64,000 nt of DNA. It comes from Macrostomum lignano (lineage: Eukaryota). The stretch covers positions 1 through 64,000 of the forward strand of contig NIVC01003379.1 of assembly GCA_002269645.1 (NCBI GenBank). The letters run 5' to 3'. Shown piece after piece: positions 1 through 13,957 of this stretch (position 1 is its first letter; each line of letters begins with the position of its first letter). The translations under genes were made by a program, and so were the position numbers. The notes beneath the pieces are model-generated. The model made no database searches. It was not told where the DNA came from and saw only the letters and a list, made by a program, of their open reading frames with translations.

Positions 1-499
1 AGCAACATTTCAATGCTTTTCCAACGATTTCGACCTGTACAGCCTATTTCTTTGTGCTAACTTTCTTCATTTTTCTGTTCCACTCTTCAGATCCCGCATC
101 GCGAATGCATATTAAAACTTTACACTTTTTCTCTGACAAATCCGTTTTTCAGCACGTTTTGCTTGGGGACAGAAACACGTGAAGTTTTTCTGTCCCATGG
201 ATTTAGTCCACAGAAAAAGTAAAACAAGTTTAAGTTTGATTCCAAATTTCTTGCCTGGGTTTTTAGTTATCTGGCAGTCTGTTGGCTTGAGTGCCTTCGC
301 CTCTTTTCCAGTAGGAACCTGCAGCCAGGGAATACTCTACAGGAAGAGTATCCTAGTTCCTAGATCCACCCAGGCCCAGCGCCTAAAGCCCAGCGCCCAC
401 CCCACAAAATCGGTTTTTACAGAGAGAGACAAACAAATGGTTGAGCAGAAATTTTAATAAACAATGTTCATGATGTTGTACATTGATGTGGAGCATTAG

Positions 500-1064
500 A
501 GATAGTGGTTGGCGTGGTACTTGAGCTACGTTGGGCCGAATGTTGGACAGAGTGCTTTCCGTACCGATGCAGCGACAGATCAACTACAGCGGCAAAGAAA
601 TGAAAAAACGATCTCGCAGCACTGACCTGACTGATACTCAACCTTGCTTCCAGTGGTGTTGCTTCCAGTTTTTATGGGTGAGAAAGACTATGCTTAGATG
701 AATATGTACTTTGCAAAGCTTAAATGTGAAATGTAATTTTTATTTCATTTTACAATCTCATGTAATTGAATCTCTGTACGGCGCTGAGCGACCAAGTGAC
801 CGGGATGCTGAGAAGGCGGTCATCTCAGCAATGAAGCACGCTGGTGACCGTGAGGGTGGTCATACTCAGCGTCGGAAGTCGGCAGCGGTAGCTGCTGAAC
901 AAGGCCAAATTCAGGCTTCCAATGCCGCTGCTTACGCTGCGACTGCGTCGCCCACAGCAAACACAGCATTATCGCTGAGTTCAACTCCTGCTGTCCGACG
1001 TGGCTCAAAGTGTTTTTGTAACGATAATGAAGACGTAATCGTAGATGGCTTGTTTACGAGCTAG
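500..1064 (+). pseudogene. Fragment of a DUF4806-like accessory gene of an EnSpm/CACTA-type transposon
   Basis: Peptides MLDRVLSVPMQRQINYSGKEMKK (~540-610) and EKAVISAMKHAGDREGG (ORF 711-1064) resemble the core and C-terminal motifs of the DUF4806-like ORF at 57564-58142 (FNYEGKRGGK; AIADWLRQAPARL). Confidence 0.45.
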
Positions 1065-3417
1065 TCTTGAACTGTCTGTATAATTATACGACTGCAATTT
1101 TATGGTGGAACAAAAACAGTAGCAGAAATCGCAGGCTTTCTGCTGTAAAACTTTTAGGAGCTTAGTTGTCGACGAGCTCGAATTTTAAGAGACGGTACCT
1201 TGTGATGTAGATAGTATGGTATAACTATATAAGGGCATAGGGCTGCCGATTGAAATCAGAGAAATCAAAATTATTTACTACATTCCCACCATATTTGCTC
1301 ATCCATTTGATGTATTGTTTTCGTTTTTACTTTTTGCTCTAAATACTGTTCTCATAATTTTTGCTAATAATTCAATATTCATGCAGTCTCACAATCAAAT
1401 GCTATGCTACCACAGTAATAATTTACTAGCATGATTTTTAGTAACTGCAATAAATACAAGGTTTAAATTTCAACATCAAAATTTCGTCATTTCGATGAGA
1501 CGATGTGAGAAGATACTCACAGCTTAAACTGAAACGCTTTGATTTCAAGTATTAAATTCTCAATTAAAATCTGAAGGATACAGTGGGCCATTTAAATTGC
1601 GGTATAAATATTTTACGAGCTACTAGAAGTGACGATTGACAGACCAGAGGAGTTGACCTGGCCAACGAGTGGCCGTACGTTGACCCGGACGTAATTTTTT
1701 ACTAGGCTTCCACTACCGTGGGGCTAAGCTAAGGGCCAAACGATACCAGCTAAATTCGTAGAGACACCCATTGCACAGCTACAGTATTCTTAACGGCTGG
1801 TTCATTTGTGAATACATTTTATTCATTGATTCATGCTGTGCCCGTAAAGCAATTACTCATTCGGCTACTAAATATGTGTCGGTTTGCTTATACTCGGTAG
1901 TTATGTTCCTCATAGGCGGCACGCGATTCCAACCGGACTTGAAGCGGCAAAAAAACTTTTTTTGTAACGAGACATTTTATCAACGGATTCCTTGCCTTTT
2001 TAAACGTCTCATTCAGATCGGTCATAGATCTACTTGATCCATTTCCGTCCTGTAAGTAAACTGCGACTTCTACGTACCCAGTGTCCTCTTTTGTCCAATT
2101 GAGGTACGGAAAATCTATGAAATCAATTTGACCAAAAGTTAACCAAGCAAATTTTAACGTTTGTAGACTGTAGTCTGTAAGTCTAATAACAGAGCATAGT
2201 ATGATAACTGAAAAATTTTCTTGGTTAACTTTTAGTCAAATTTTAGGAATGCTACCTCGCTTAAGAAATTCAAAAAACAAGAAGATGATTACAAACATTT
2301 GGCAATTATGTTTAAATCTGGATTTGGATTTGAAATATCAATCGCACCTGACGATGCTGCAAGTTAAAGGGAAACATGTGAATGGTATGGGCCGTGTCTT
2401 AGCGGTCTAAGCTACTGGTTTTCTAGTTTGGATTTTTAGTGAATTTTATTATACTGGTTTGAGATTAGTAGATTCGCTGCCACCAGGCTTCCTGTTTCCT
2501 AATCCTAGTAGTTAGAGATAAAATGAGTGACACAGGAAAACCAATAATTACCGAAACTTATTATTTCAGAAGAGAAAGAAAATGTTAGCATGCAATGGTT
2601 ACTGCTACTTTACTTAGTTAATTGTGCGAGAAATTAGGCATTGACTACATTGTGCACTGTCTCGGCATTGACTACCTTAACAGTTTTACTTTACTTCCCT
2701 AAAATTTCCCTGCCTCTTACCAATTCCTTGATTAATGTTCTGAGTTAGCAAATTTTCGCAAACGGGATCACAAACGGATGCTTTCCCAAGAGCATTCATT
2801 CATTGTTAGGTATTTGGGCTTAGAAAAAATGCCCGGCGCCTCAGCCTTGACGGCTCTTACGCCACTGTATATTGCTTGGTTTCAAAATATTTTTACTAGT
2901 ATTGGTTACAAATTGTATTAAATGATGTGGGAATTATAAAACAGTGCATCTATAGAAGTAAATCGAAGTACAGTATAAAACAAATCGAATGATAATGGAG
3001 ATTTGATATTTGAAATTCAATAAAACAGAATAAAATAAATTATATCCAATAAAACAGCTAAAAAAAGATGAGATAAAAAAGATGCAGGTGATGAAGGATT
3101 GATGACAAAGGAGAGAGCACAAAGTACATGTAGAATCACTTCATTTGGTCATGGTTGGATTCTATAGTACAATGATTTAAGATTTAACATTGTGGGGTTA
3201 AAAGATATCTCAATTATTAGCAATGAAAATTTTGGTTACAGGTATTGTCATGGAGATTTGGGTAGTTAAAATATTGGTTAAAAGTAATGTCATGGATATA
3301 GGAGAACTTCAAGTGACTACAGTTATCAGCCAATTGCACATTACTTAGTAACAGATGTAAATAGCATTCAATGAAAATTAATTTAAAGTGAAGCAGTGAT
3401 GACTAGTTAAAGAGCTT

Positions 3418-3790
3418 TTATTTGGAATCAGCAACAATTACGTTGCTCAAATCATTACAAGTACATGCATCCCAAACATTTCTCAGGCGGGCCACTGCAG
3501 GCACCCGAAACCTCCTATCCCAAGGTTTTATATCAAGGTCGAAGCTGTGGACCCCGCTGGCAATAGTTTTTTTTGACCAGCGCTTGGCCAAGCCCCAGAT
3601 GCGCTCTTTCATCATCGGCATTTTAGTAATGTGATGGAGATAGCTAGTCTTAGTGTAATTTGGAGCATCAGAAGTGATCTTAAGTGCCTTGTTCTGGAGA
3701 AGTTGACGTTCGGACAGCTGAGCGTCGGTAAGATGTATCAACACCGGTGCCCCATGTTTCCTAATCATAAAGTAGGATATCATGTAACTT
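3418..3790 (-). mobile_element. Degenerate 3' fragment of LINE ORF2 (RT C-terminus), same family as the LINE at 6490-11460
   Basis: ORF 3418-3783 GAPVLIH...LLQNKALKITSDAPNYTK...KERIWGLAKRW is paralogous to ORF 6959-7348 (GAPILVN...LLQNHALRIALGAPRYIK...KERIWNLGLRW). Confidence 0.8.
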
Positions 3791-4075
3791 TCAACAATAA
3801 CGACAAAGGTGTCGCAACTCGTTAAGGTACACAGTGAGACAGAGAGTGCATAGAGACAACGAGTAAAGAATATTTACAGGTTCTGAATCTTGATCCATGC
3901 ATTCTAACAGAAGCCGTCCAGGCGCTAATCTTTCGTGTTTCGAATGCCTTTCGCTTCATGATGATTGGAATGCTAGAAGTTAATGGTATAATTAACGTGC
4001 ATCACACTGCTGGCGTAACACACCGGATCAAAAACACAAAAGCAGCAACATCCGTGCTATAATAATTAGAGTCTG

Positions 4076-4470
4076 CCAGGGAGAGCAGGTCAGGGGAGCA
4101 GACCAGGGGAGCAGGCCAGGGGGAGCTCGGAGCAGGCCAGGGGGAGCTCGGAGCAGGCCAGGGGAGCAGGTCAGGGGGAGCTCGGAGCAGGCCAGGGGAG
4201 CAGGTCAGGGAAGCAGACCAGGGGAGCAGGTCAGGGAAGCAGACCAGGTGAGCAGGTCAGGGTAGCAGACCAGGGGAAGCAGGCCAGGGGAGCAGGCCAG
4301 GGGAGCAGTTCAGAGAAGCAGACCAGGGGAGCAGGTCAGGGAAGCAGACCAGCGGAGCAGGCCAGGGGGAGCTGGGAGCAGGTCAGGGGGGAGCTGGGAG
4401 CAGGTCAGGGGGAGCTGAGAGCAGGCCAGGGGAGCAAGGCAAGCAGAGCTGGACATAGGAGCAGGCCAGT
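4076..4470 (+). repeat. G-rich minisatellite, ~12-13 bp unit (GGGGAGCAGGCCA / GGGAGCAGGTCA)
   Basis: About 30 imperfect tandem units are directly visible. Confidence 0.9.
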
Positions 4471-5469
4471 GACCCAGGCAGAATAGCAAGCCATGAGGAA
4501 TAGGCTAGGGGGTAGCCAAAGAAATGGACAGGAAAAGTGACTAGGAGGATATGGTCAGGCTAGTGAAACCTAGCCATGGAGTACAGATCAAGAGAAGTAG
4601 GCTAGGGGAGCAAGTTAGGGAGGGTAGGCTAGGCAGAGTAGGCTAATGGCAGTAGGTTTAGGGAGACGAGAGCAAGCTAGGAAGAGCAGTCAGAGAGAAT
4701 AGACTAGGAGGAGACCAAGAAGAGCTAGATTGGGAGAATAGGCAGCCAGGTAGTCAAAGAGTTGGCTAGGGGAAAATCCAGGTAAGTTGACTAGACATTT
4801 TAAAAGGAAATATTGAATAATTTGTTTTGTATGGCTTGCTCTGTGAAATAGCTAAGCTGGCTAGTTGAAAATAATAATAGCTAGTTTAAGCTATAGCCAA
4901 TATGTTATATAGCCAGGGCTTTCTAATTTTCTAATGTACTAGGTAAGAGTACTTAAAAATTTAAGTACTCTGCATACAAATGACCTTGAGGCTACAAGAA
5001 AGATGAAAATCAAGAACTGTAATAAACTGCCAATTTATTAAATAGTATAGTAATCATATGGATAGCAGAATAGGTAGGCAAGGAATAATGCTGATTGTTG
5101 GTCTTATTGGATAACTAGGCCTAAGCTAATATGAAGTACAAATGACCCAACAATATTTTGTTTGATTAAATCTGCTATTTATGCTCCCTCCTGCAAGTGC
5201 AAGATGCAATTGGATTAATTCCATCATTGCATTTTCTGTCAATCACTTGTCAATTTTTTCATTTTGTCAAACAAATTTAAATCTGAGCCGTTTGATTCGT
5301 TAGCTAGCCGGTATAATATACTGGCCCCTATGCTATTTAAATGCATAGCTCAGTATGATATTATCGGGTAGAAATCGTGTCGTCTTGACACACGACATGC
5401 TCGCAAGCCGATATTATTGGTCCCAATTGGTACATCTACTACCGATGATATCGGTGCCACTGGGGTGAG

Positions 5470-6370
5470 CTGCAACATCTTAAGCACATCATCGGTAATT
5501 CTGACAATGTTATCAAAGGTGCAATGGTCTTGTATATAGGCGCACTGATCTTCATTGATAATATTCAGGTTTTCCAGTATAGTTCGAATATTCCTAGCAA
5601 GTATTTTCACATAAAGTTTACCCAAGCATGAGGTTAGACAAATTGGTCTGTAGCTATCTACTTGATGTTTTGGTTTATTAGGTTTGGGAATCATTTTGAC
5701 AATACCCTGTTTCCAGAGCCGCGGGTAGTAGCCCAGAAGGGAGCAGGTATTGAAAAGTTTTGTGATAATTTTGATAGAGTTTAGTCTCAGGCCCTTTTTG
5801 AGAACAATGTTTGGGATATTGTCTGGCCCAGGTGCACCCCCAGACCTGAGACTGCTTATTGCCATAGTTGCATCTATGTTGATGATTTCCATAAGGTAGG
5901 CTAAAGCATCATCACAGTCCGCCTCAGCCTCCTCATTTTTATATTTGAAGTAGGAGATGGCTTGTATAACACCACTATGAGGTTTAAAAATTAGTCATCA
6001 TCGCCTTGCTTAATTGGTCTTTTTCTTGGTAGTCGTCAATCCACAGTTTGTCCATTTCCGGTTCAATGAGTGGTGATGTCAGCAGCGCGTTCATGTCCTT
6101 TTCGCTCGTTGTTAACACACAGAAGCCAACGCCATGATATATGTTCTTGACCGATTGAATTCTGATGTTTGGAAAGTTTATCTTGAGAAACCACTCAAAC
6201 TTGAGTGGATCTTTGGCTTCTGGAGCAGTCTCAAATACTACTGGAGTTATCTTGAATTTAGGTTGGCTGCTACTTTGTTCTTGGTCGGCTATACCAGCTG
6301 CCAGTCTGTGAGTATTTTCTTGGTGAGTAGCTTTGTTATTGTTGATTGCATGGTCAGCTATACTGGCCGC
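5470..6370 (-). mobile_element. Internally deleted LINE copy: ORF1 N-terminal piece joined to an RT N-terminal piece
   Basis: ORF 5350-5892 carries APGPDNIPN...WKQGIVKMIPKPNK...YRPICLTSCLGKLY (RT domains 0-1). An unlisted minus frame at ~5990-6300 reads KFKITPVVFETAPEAKDPLKFEWFLKINFPNIRIQSVK, homologous to LKIAPVVFEMPIEAKDPIKFEHF at ~10960-11030. Confidence 0.75.
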
Positions 6371-6958
6371 GTTTGGTGTCGATATAAGTGTCGAGTTTGG
6401 AATAAAACAATCTATAAAACAGCAGCATTATTCAGTAAAACAAATAGGAGCAATTAAAAAAGTTAAACTAAATAAAACAAATTAAAACAAATCACTTAAC
6501 CCCTGCCAGCCCCGGGGAGGTTTAGATAAGCCTATTGGTTTTGGGGTAGGCGTACGCTCTGAGGGTCGGGGGTAGGGCCCGCTCTCGGCCTGACTGGCGC
6601 TGCTTGCCCGGCTCGATGTACAGTCCTCTTAGTCCCAATTAGGATGACTGTGGAGGATGAAGGATTACTTAAATCCAATTAGGATTTAAGTGTACATTAG
6701 TACACTCCCAACCTGGAAACCTTATTTCACTAGTGACGTAAAAGCCTAATTCATTGGCTGAGGCGCCGGAAGCATCATTGTCATTGTCAATGTCAGATAA
6801 AATAAAAATGTTATATGATGTTAGTAAAATAATTTAGCTCCTAGTAATAATTAAATGAGCAGTCTGGACAGATTTTATCAGGTCGTGCCCGCGACTGAGG
6901 AGCCTCTCCGGCGCCGTCTCGAGGTGAGTTAGTTTTTAGTTTATATGGCTTTTATTGC

Positions 6959-9699
6959 TTATTTTATGGCTTTTCTAAATTTAGTAGTAACGCGTTCTCT
7001 AAACCCTGGTCTGCTCCATTCTTTGAGGTCAATATCGAAGCTATGCACCCCTGTGAGCAGAACTTTTTTGAACCATCTTAGGCCCAGGTTCCATATTCTC
7101 TCTTTGAACCTGGGCATATTCGTAGTTTCATGTACTCGTAGATAGCTAATTTTAATGTACCTGGGGGCACCAAGCGCGATTCTAAGGGCGTGATTTTGGA
7201 GGAGTTGGAATCTCTGGAGGAGAGCATCAGAAGCGTTGACTAGTATGGGCGCTCCGTAGGTCATGCCACTCTCAATGTAAGACTTTGAGGAGGAGAGCAG
7301 CCGAAGCGCCAGTTGCGAAATCCTAGTATTGCGAGTTATTCTCCTCATGGCTTCAAGCTTGGCGATGGTGATGCCTGCAGTCCTGGAGATATGCTGCTTG
7401 TAGCTTAAGTCTTTGTCGAGGGTGACTCCAAGGAAGGTGACCGAGTCATGATAAGGGATGAGATCCTGTCCTAATTTAAGCGGCGGCCTGGCTGGGCCAG
7501 TCGAATAATGGCTCTTAAACTTGAAAAAAAGCTACCGTCTTACTTTTGTTAGGATTGATGGTAATACCTACATCATCTAGCCATTTTTTCAGGACGACTA
7601 GATAGCTGTTCAGCCTCTTAGCCGTCATTACCGACGTCCTGGCACTTGCCCAGACAGCAAGGTCGTCTGCGAACTGACTTTTCTTAACCTTGATGTCACG
7701 CGGGATCGGGATCGAGCTGAAGTATATAATAAAGAGAATCGGTGATAAAACCCCACCTTGCGGGACGCCAGCGGCGGGTCGGAAACCATTGCTGATAGCC
7801 CCTCCAATCTGAATGGAAATCCCCCTATCCTCAAAGGTAGCTGGAGATGATACGGATCACATTGTGAGGCAGGTTGCTTACAAGGATCCTATGCCTAAGG
7901 TAGCTGTGCCAGACGCCATCGACGGCTCCTTTAACGTCAAAGAATACACCAAGGGTCGCATGTCTCCATTGGTTCATTTTTAGTATATCGTCAGTGAGTC
8001 GCACAATGTTGTCAAACGTACAGTGGTCTTGTCTGTACGCACATTGGTCTTCGTTTAAAAGCCCCTTGTTTTCCAAAATCATTCTGAGATTTCTGGCAAT
8101 TATTTTTTCGTAAAGCTTACCCAGGCAGGAGGTTAAACTATTTGGTCTATAGTTATTGATGTCTTGCCTAGATTTCTTAGGCTTTGGGATCATTTTAATG
8201 GTTGCCTTTTTACCAGGCCTTGGGGAAGTAGCCCAGAAGAAAGCTTGAATTAAAATTTTTTGCTATGCGTATTACAGTGTCAGGGCTAAGCCCGCGCTTG
8301 AGTACAATGTTTGGGATTTTGTCAGGACCAGGGGCACCCCCAGTTCTGAGATTTTGTTTCCATTAGTACATCAATGTCAAGGATGTTAAGAATGTCTGAT
8401 TAAGTGTCTTCCCTATCGGGGTCGTCGGGGTCAGCCCTGTCCCGATGGTAGGTGAGAGCTCTAACCATGCTATCATGGGGTCGAAAGATCTCATGATCTT
8501 TGTTGGCCATAACCTCCTCGTAGAGTAGGGAATTGGTGTCAGGATGGGGCTGCATCTGATCATTTAGGAAATCTTGAAACAGATTGGCAGTTTCTTGTTC
8601 AGTTTCAGCGGTAACCCCCTTATTTTCTTGTCCTGTCATTTTCTTAAATCAATCCAGAATTGACGCGGCTCCCTTCTGTAACTCGTTTTGGCAATTTTCT
8701 TGCATAGGTCTTCGAATTTTCTGTACCTGTGCATTCTGATTGCTATCCTAATTTCTTTGGCAGCTTGATTTGCTTGAACCCTAAATGTGTCAGTTCTAGT
8801 TTTCTTAAAAAGTTTTCTAAGCTTTCTGTGCTTAATTTTTTCAATAATGTCAGGAGGGAGTTGTTCTCTAGGATCTCTATCTGGAACTACTTCCTCTATA
8901 GTTTCACGAAATTTTTCCGTGAGCTTATCAACCACGCTGTCAAGGTCTTCAGGGGTAGAGATTCGGGATTGGATCAAATTACACTTTTCAAGCTTATCTT
9001 GAAGGGCGTATTTGAAGGCCTCCCAATCTGCAAGCCATAAGCCTTTTAGTGGTTTGGGGCTATTTTTGGAGCTGGGGTCTAAAGAGACTTTAATAATAAT
9101 AGGTAGGTGATCGCTATCGAGGTCATCACCTACCAGCACCTCACTAATTGAGTTGGCAAGATCTGGGGTGCAAATGCATAGATCCAGGACGTTACCTACA
9201 GTGTTGCCCCCCCCCCATTATTAATTCTGGTGCAGTCACCATAGGAATTAAGGATGAAAGGAGGGTCAGGATGATTATTAAGCCATTCAAATAGCTGCTT
9301 GCCGTGAAAATTTTCTACACAGTCCCCACCCAGCATAAGATGGCGACAGTTAAGCTCTCCAATAAGAAGAGTTCTAGGTTGGGAGAGTAGCTGTTTAAGT
9401 GTAGCAGTGGTAATGCGATCAGGGTTGGGGGCTCTATATAAAAGGGAAATTCTTAGAGTACTACTAGGGTTATTGTTGGGGTTGACAGCAAGGCTTATGA
9501 ACTCATGGTGAGAGTTGTCATAGTACTTTTTGACATTCGAAGTTTTCAAGTTATTTTTATAAGCAATTGCAAGTCCTCTTCGACAGTCAGGGATGTCAAA
9601 TCTAATAATCGCATACCCTTGAACAAAGAACCTGTCATCATTTTTGAGGTCAGTTTCTGAGAAAAGACCAATGTCTATATCTTCATTGTGCAACCACAT
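6959..9699 (-). pseudogene. LINE ORF2 (APE endonuclease + reverse transcriptase), broken into at least 6 ORFs
   Basis: ORFs 9196-9699, 8636-9139, 8400-8639, 7831-8193, 7628-7834 and 6959-7348 are collinear APE/RT fragments. Confidence 0.9.
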
Positions 9700-9793
9700 T
9701 GCAGTTAAGGTGCCCTATGTTTAGGGTAGAATTTAGAGAATTATTTTTATTATTAACAGCCATAGTTCAATTCAAAATTTTTATGATTATTGC

Positions 9794-11060
9794 TCAGGGC
9801 ACGGGTCCGCCTCCGCTCACCGAAGTGGCTTCGGCTTCACCTACCCTGGCTGCAGTTCCACCAGAATTAAGGATAATCGCCAGAGCCTCCGTCAGTGTCC
9901 AGATAGCAAGCTGGCTTACTTCCCAGTCAGTGAGCGGCGGCTCCAAAATAACTTCCATAATTCTGTTGAAGGCTGCGAAAACCACCTCAAGTACAGCCCT
10001 TTGAGGAAAACCCCTCTCACCGTAAGCAGCAGCAGGGGCAGAAACAGTTTGGTTAGGTTCGGTCACGACACGCGCAGAACTGCTTGCAGATGGTGCAGTT
10101 TGATTGGCCGAGGCAGTCGGGGCGACCGTAACCACAGGAGACTGATTGGGCAGCGGTGGCAGCAGCAGCGGCAGCGCGGTTAGAGTAAGCGATTGGTCCG
10201 AGCACCGGTTGGACAGGTTTTGGCCGAGTCGTCTCAGCATAGGAGGCCGGTCCCGGAGCACCAAGTGTCTCGGCTAACTCTTGGCTACCTAATCTAAACT
10301 GGCTGTTGCCCAGCTGCTCAGTTGGCCTAGTCTACTCGAATTGATTTTTAAGAGTTTTAATTACGCTGTGCTCCTTCTCCTGTGGCACACTTATTGCAGG
10401 CAAATTTGGCGCTGCAGCGGCTCTGGGAGTGCCCCAGCCCTTGACAGCGGAGGCATTGAACCTCTTTTACTGGCGGCAGATTGTGACACTCTTCGCACTT
10501 AAACTTCAGCGCGCCTAGCCTAATTCCGTTTTGCAGGCAGGTCTCAACGGTACCCTGGCTTCTGGAGAATAGCCCGATGAACGGCGTTGGCTGCCCAGTC
10601 ACTTTGGAGACGATACGCAGCGCACCATCAAACTGCAAGTTAGCGTATTCCTCCTCAAGATAGGATAGGAGCTCCTCCGCTTCCACGGCAAGAGGAACTC
10701 CTTTAATAATGATTGACCTAACATTAGGCGCTTTCAGTGGCTTGCGAAGCCTGTCATCCGCTTGATGACGCGGCCTGTTGGATGGCAAGCGCCGTGTGAC
10801 TGTTTGCCCTTTCATTTATTTTAATTTTAATGGTGCTGTTAATAATTTATTCATGCCTTCTGGGTTATTGGTAAATACATAGTAGCCTGTGCTGTGGTAG
10901 TGTTCTTTTACTGAGACTACTCTTGTACCCGGAAAGTTCGTTTTTAAAAGTGTTCGAATTTGATAGGGTCTTTAGCCTCGATTGGCATTTCGAAGACCAC
11001 CGGTGCAATTTTAAGATTGGTGCTTGTTGTGTATGAACTTTAAGTTCTATGGTTTATGGG
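9794..11060 (-). pseudogene. LINE ORF1 (gag-like, CCHC zinc knuckle)
   Basis: ORF 10357-10815 has RSIIIKGVP and C-x2-C-x4-H-x4-C. The frameshifted upstream part is shared with the copy at 5990-6300. Confidence 0.8.
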
Positions 11061-11639
11061 TGAAGCCTTATTCATATTTTAAGTATAGCAGCCAGCTACT
11101 TCGCTGCGGAAAATATACGCGCTGCATGCATCTACGATCTCTTCCTAACTCGGCATCTTGCATTCTTCTTCGTTACTACGAAAAGTACAACAGTTCTGTT
11201 GTTGCGCTGTTGCTGCTGCTGAGAGCTGTTGTTTGACTGCTGAGTGTGAGTGATTGAATGCTGAGTGTGAGTGTTTGACTGCAGAGCTGCTGGCTGCTGA
11301 GGCAGAACGTAGCTGTTTGGCTTCTGAGTGTGATTGCCCGGCTGATTAGGTGCCTGAATGCCCGATTGCTTAGCAATAGTTGACGGAGCTGATTGCGATG
11401 GGCTAGCTGGCTGCTGAGGCTGACTTACTGAGTTAGATTGCTGATTTGTTGCTTGCAATTGTTGCGTGGCGACAGCGACTGCTGTGTGCCTGGTTGTGAA
11501 TGCTGAGTGGCTGCTAGTGATTGTTGAGTGACTGGTTGCATCTGCTAAGTGCTTGGCTGGGTGGCTGATTTAGTTTGCTGAGTGTTTGGCTTAGGTTTTT
11601 GAGTTGCTAGCTGAGTTGCTGATTGCGAGACTGGTTGCG

Positions 11640-11860
11640 ACCGCCGAACGGTCTCATCATCTGAGTGCCTTGGAATGGCCACCCAGCCATCTTTGTAGAA
11701 ATTAACTAGACAAAAATTCGCTAGAGGGAGCTGCAGTTCGACCTGAAGCCAAGTGGCAATGTGTGTCAACAGGGTGCCACGCGTTGTTGCATTCTAGTTT
11801 TGAGCCATGATCCATGCCATGGTAGAATGTGACCAAGTCCAAAGCAAAGGAATATGGACT
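11640..11860 (-). pseudogene. AlkB (ALKBH2/3-like) 2OG-Fe(II) dioxygenase fragment
   Basis: Joining two frames gives NNAWHP(V)LTHIATWLQVELQLPLANFCLVNFYKDGWVAIPRHSDDE. This matches the ALKBH3-type WHPVL...FNSLLCNLYR....WHSDDE (HxD) motif. The C-terminal half is absent. Confidence 0.65.
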
Positions 11861-11920
11861 TAGGTACCTGAACTAAATATTAAAAAAACTAGCTTCATTG
11901 TTATAATATAATACTTTCTA

Positions 11921-13897
11921 TCTATACCTATAAAATGAAAACTCTGTGTGTCTGTGTACAATTTTGTTCGCTATGGACTCCCAAACCGCTCAACCAAATT
12001 ACACCAAACTTTACATCCACCCATAACTTACTACGGAGAATGCCTTAGGCTATCTTTAAATTTCCTAGACTCAAGTCTTCCTACCTAAAAGTACAAAAAC
12101 TGCTCAAAATGCGCAATTTTTTCACTAAATCCTCCATAGCGCCGCTCCACTTCTACCGATTCTCTTCAAATTTGACACAGACAATCTTCAACTATTTTGG
12201 CACAATCGTGTAAAATTTCGAGTCTCAAAGTTAATCCTGAACGGCGCTGTGCACTTTAAAAGTTAGGCTGTTTTTTAGCTTAGCAACCACCCCAACCTCC
12301 GCCCGCCTGCCTCTCTTTCCTGATCCCGATCTGGGCCCAGATGTGTAAGGGTTTCAAAATTGACTAACTTTCAGCTGCCATAAGTTTGCTCCACATAAAG
12401 CGATTGACATCAAACTTGGCACAGATCTTCATTGACTCATTCTCTGTCTAAATTTAAAGTTACAACTCAGTAACTCATTCAGAACAGAAACTGTAAGCAT
12501 GTGAAGTTTGTCTGCTTTTTCTGTTGTTTGTGCCACTCACTCACGCATTCCCCCAGAGTCAGAACAAGGGTCAGGCGATAGGGCTGAATGTACATAGCAA
12601 ATACACAGTGTTTTTGGAATAGCTTTGTTTATAGCCTTCTCTGCACCCCGTGGAGAGGCTACGTTTAGCCATCCAAAACAGTTTAGTGAGAAATTCTAAC
12701 CACTGCCCTCTGTATTGTCAAACTCTGCAGCAGTTTAACAGTGGATGGCAAATCGAGGGAATCCAGCATGGTTTGTAATAGCGAAAGATCTATGAAAAGG
12801 CGATGCGATGCAATGCAATACAAGTTATACAACCCTACTAAATAAGGCACACCATGGAAATTGTAGGTTTCTTTTAAAGGTAGTGTGTACATTTTAAATG
12901 GCCTCCTAAGAAATGCGTATTTCATTGGTTGTTAGACTGATGCAGACTGCAGTGGAGCTGAAGATACACAAATTCCTTTCAGGGCTGCAAATTGGCAAGA
13001 AAGATGACGTGATCAAAGCATGAGAACAACGATGAGAGTAGTACGTCCCACAAACTGGCTTTCGAAGCAGGGATCGACAGACTTTTACTTCAAAGCCAGA
13101 TAAAGAATCCAGCTTATGTGCGGGCCAGATGAGAGTGGAAAGGAGAAGGAATAGACTATTAGAAGAGAGGAGAGGCGAGAGGGGGATAAGAGAAAACATG
13201 GAAGATAAGAGGAGAGACAAGTGGGGAGGAGAGAGCAGAAAAGAAAGGAGGAAGAAGCGAGAGGAGGGGAGAAGGGAGGGAGAGGAAAGAGTCAAGGTGA
13301 GAAGAGGGGAGAGATGAGACAGAGGATCGATGAGAGGAGAGTAAAGAAGAGTGAGAAGAGAGTAGAGATGAGAGAGCAGAAAGAAGATGACAGAGTCAAG
13401 AGGAGAGGAGAGATTAGAAAGGAGAGAGTAGAAAGGATAGAGAAGAGAGGAGATAGGAGGGGGAGAGAGGAGTGAGAGGAAAAGAGAAAGAGATAAGAGA
13501 GAGGTGTAAGAAGAGGGGAGAAAGAAGAGATCAGATTGTAGAGAAGAGACAGATGAAAGGAGAGATGAGAGAGTAAAGATGAGAGATAAAAAAGGTGAAA
13601 AAAGAGTGCAGAGAGACGAGAGAAGATAATAGAGGAGAGAGAGTATAGAAGAGGGAAGAGAAAAGAAGAGAGGAGTCAGAAAAGGTGAAAGAGAAGAGTA
13701 CAGAGGAGATAAGTGAGAGAACGTATAAGAGAGTAAAGATGACAGATGAGAGAGCAGAGATGAGGGTGAACAGACGAGAGATGGGAGAGTAGAGAGAAGA
13801 GATTATAGAAACCAGAGGAGAGACAGGGAGAGAGAAGAGAAAATAGGAGAATGAAGAGGGGAGAGAGTAGAGAGGAGAAGAGAGATGGGAGAGGAGA

Positions 13898-13957
<60 letters not shown>

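Larger units (their letters stand above)
6490..11460 (-). mobile_element. Near full-length Jockey/I-like LINE, frameshifted
   Basis: On the minus strand, in order: ORF1 pieces (including CCHC knuckle CLRCQGLGHSQSRC), AP endonuclease (DIGLFSETDL; SDHLPII), RT (IPKPKK..YRPNSLTSCLGK; GVFFDVKGAVDGVWH), Jockey-like tail (LQNHALRIALGAP). Ends are approximate; no TSD was identified. Confidence 0.85.
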
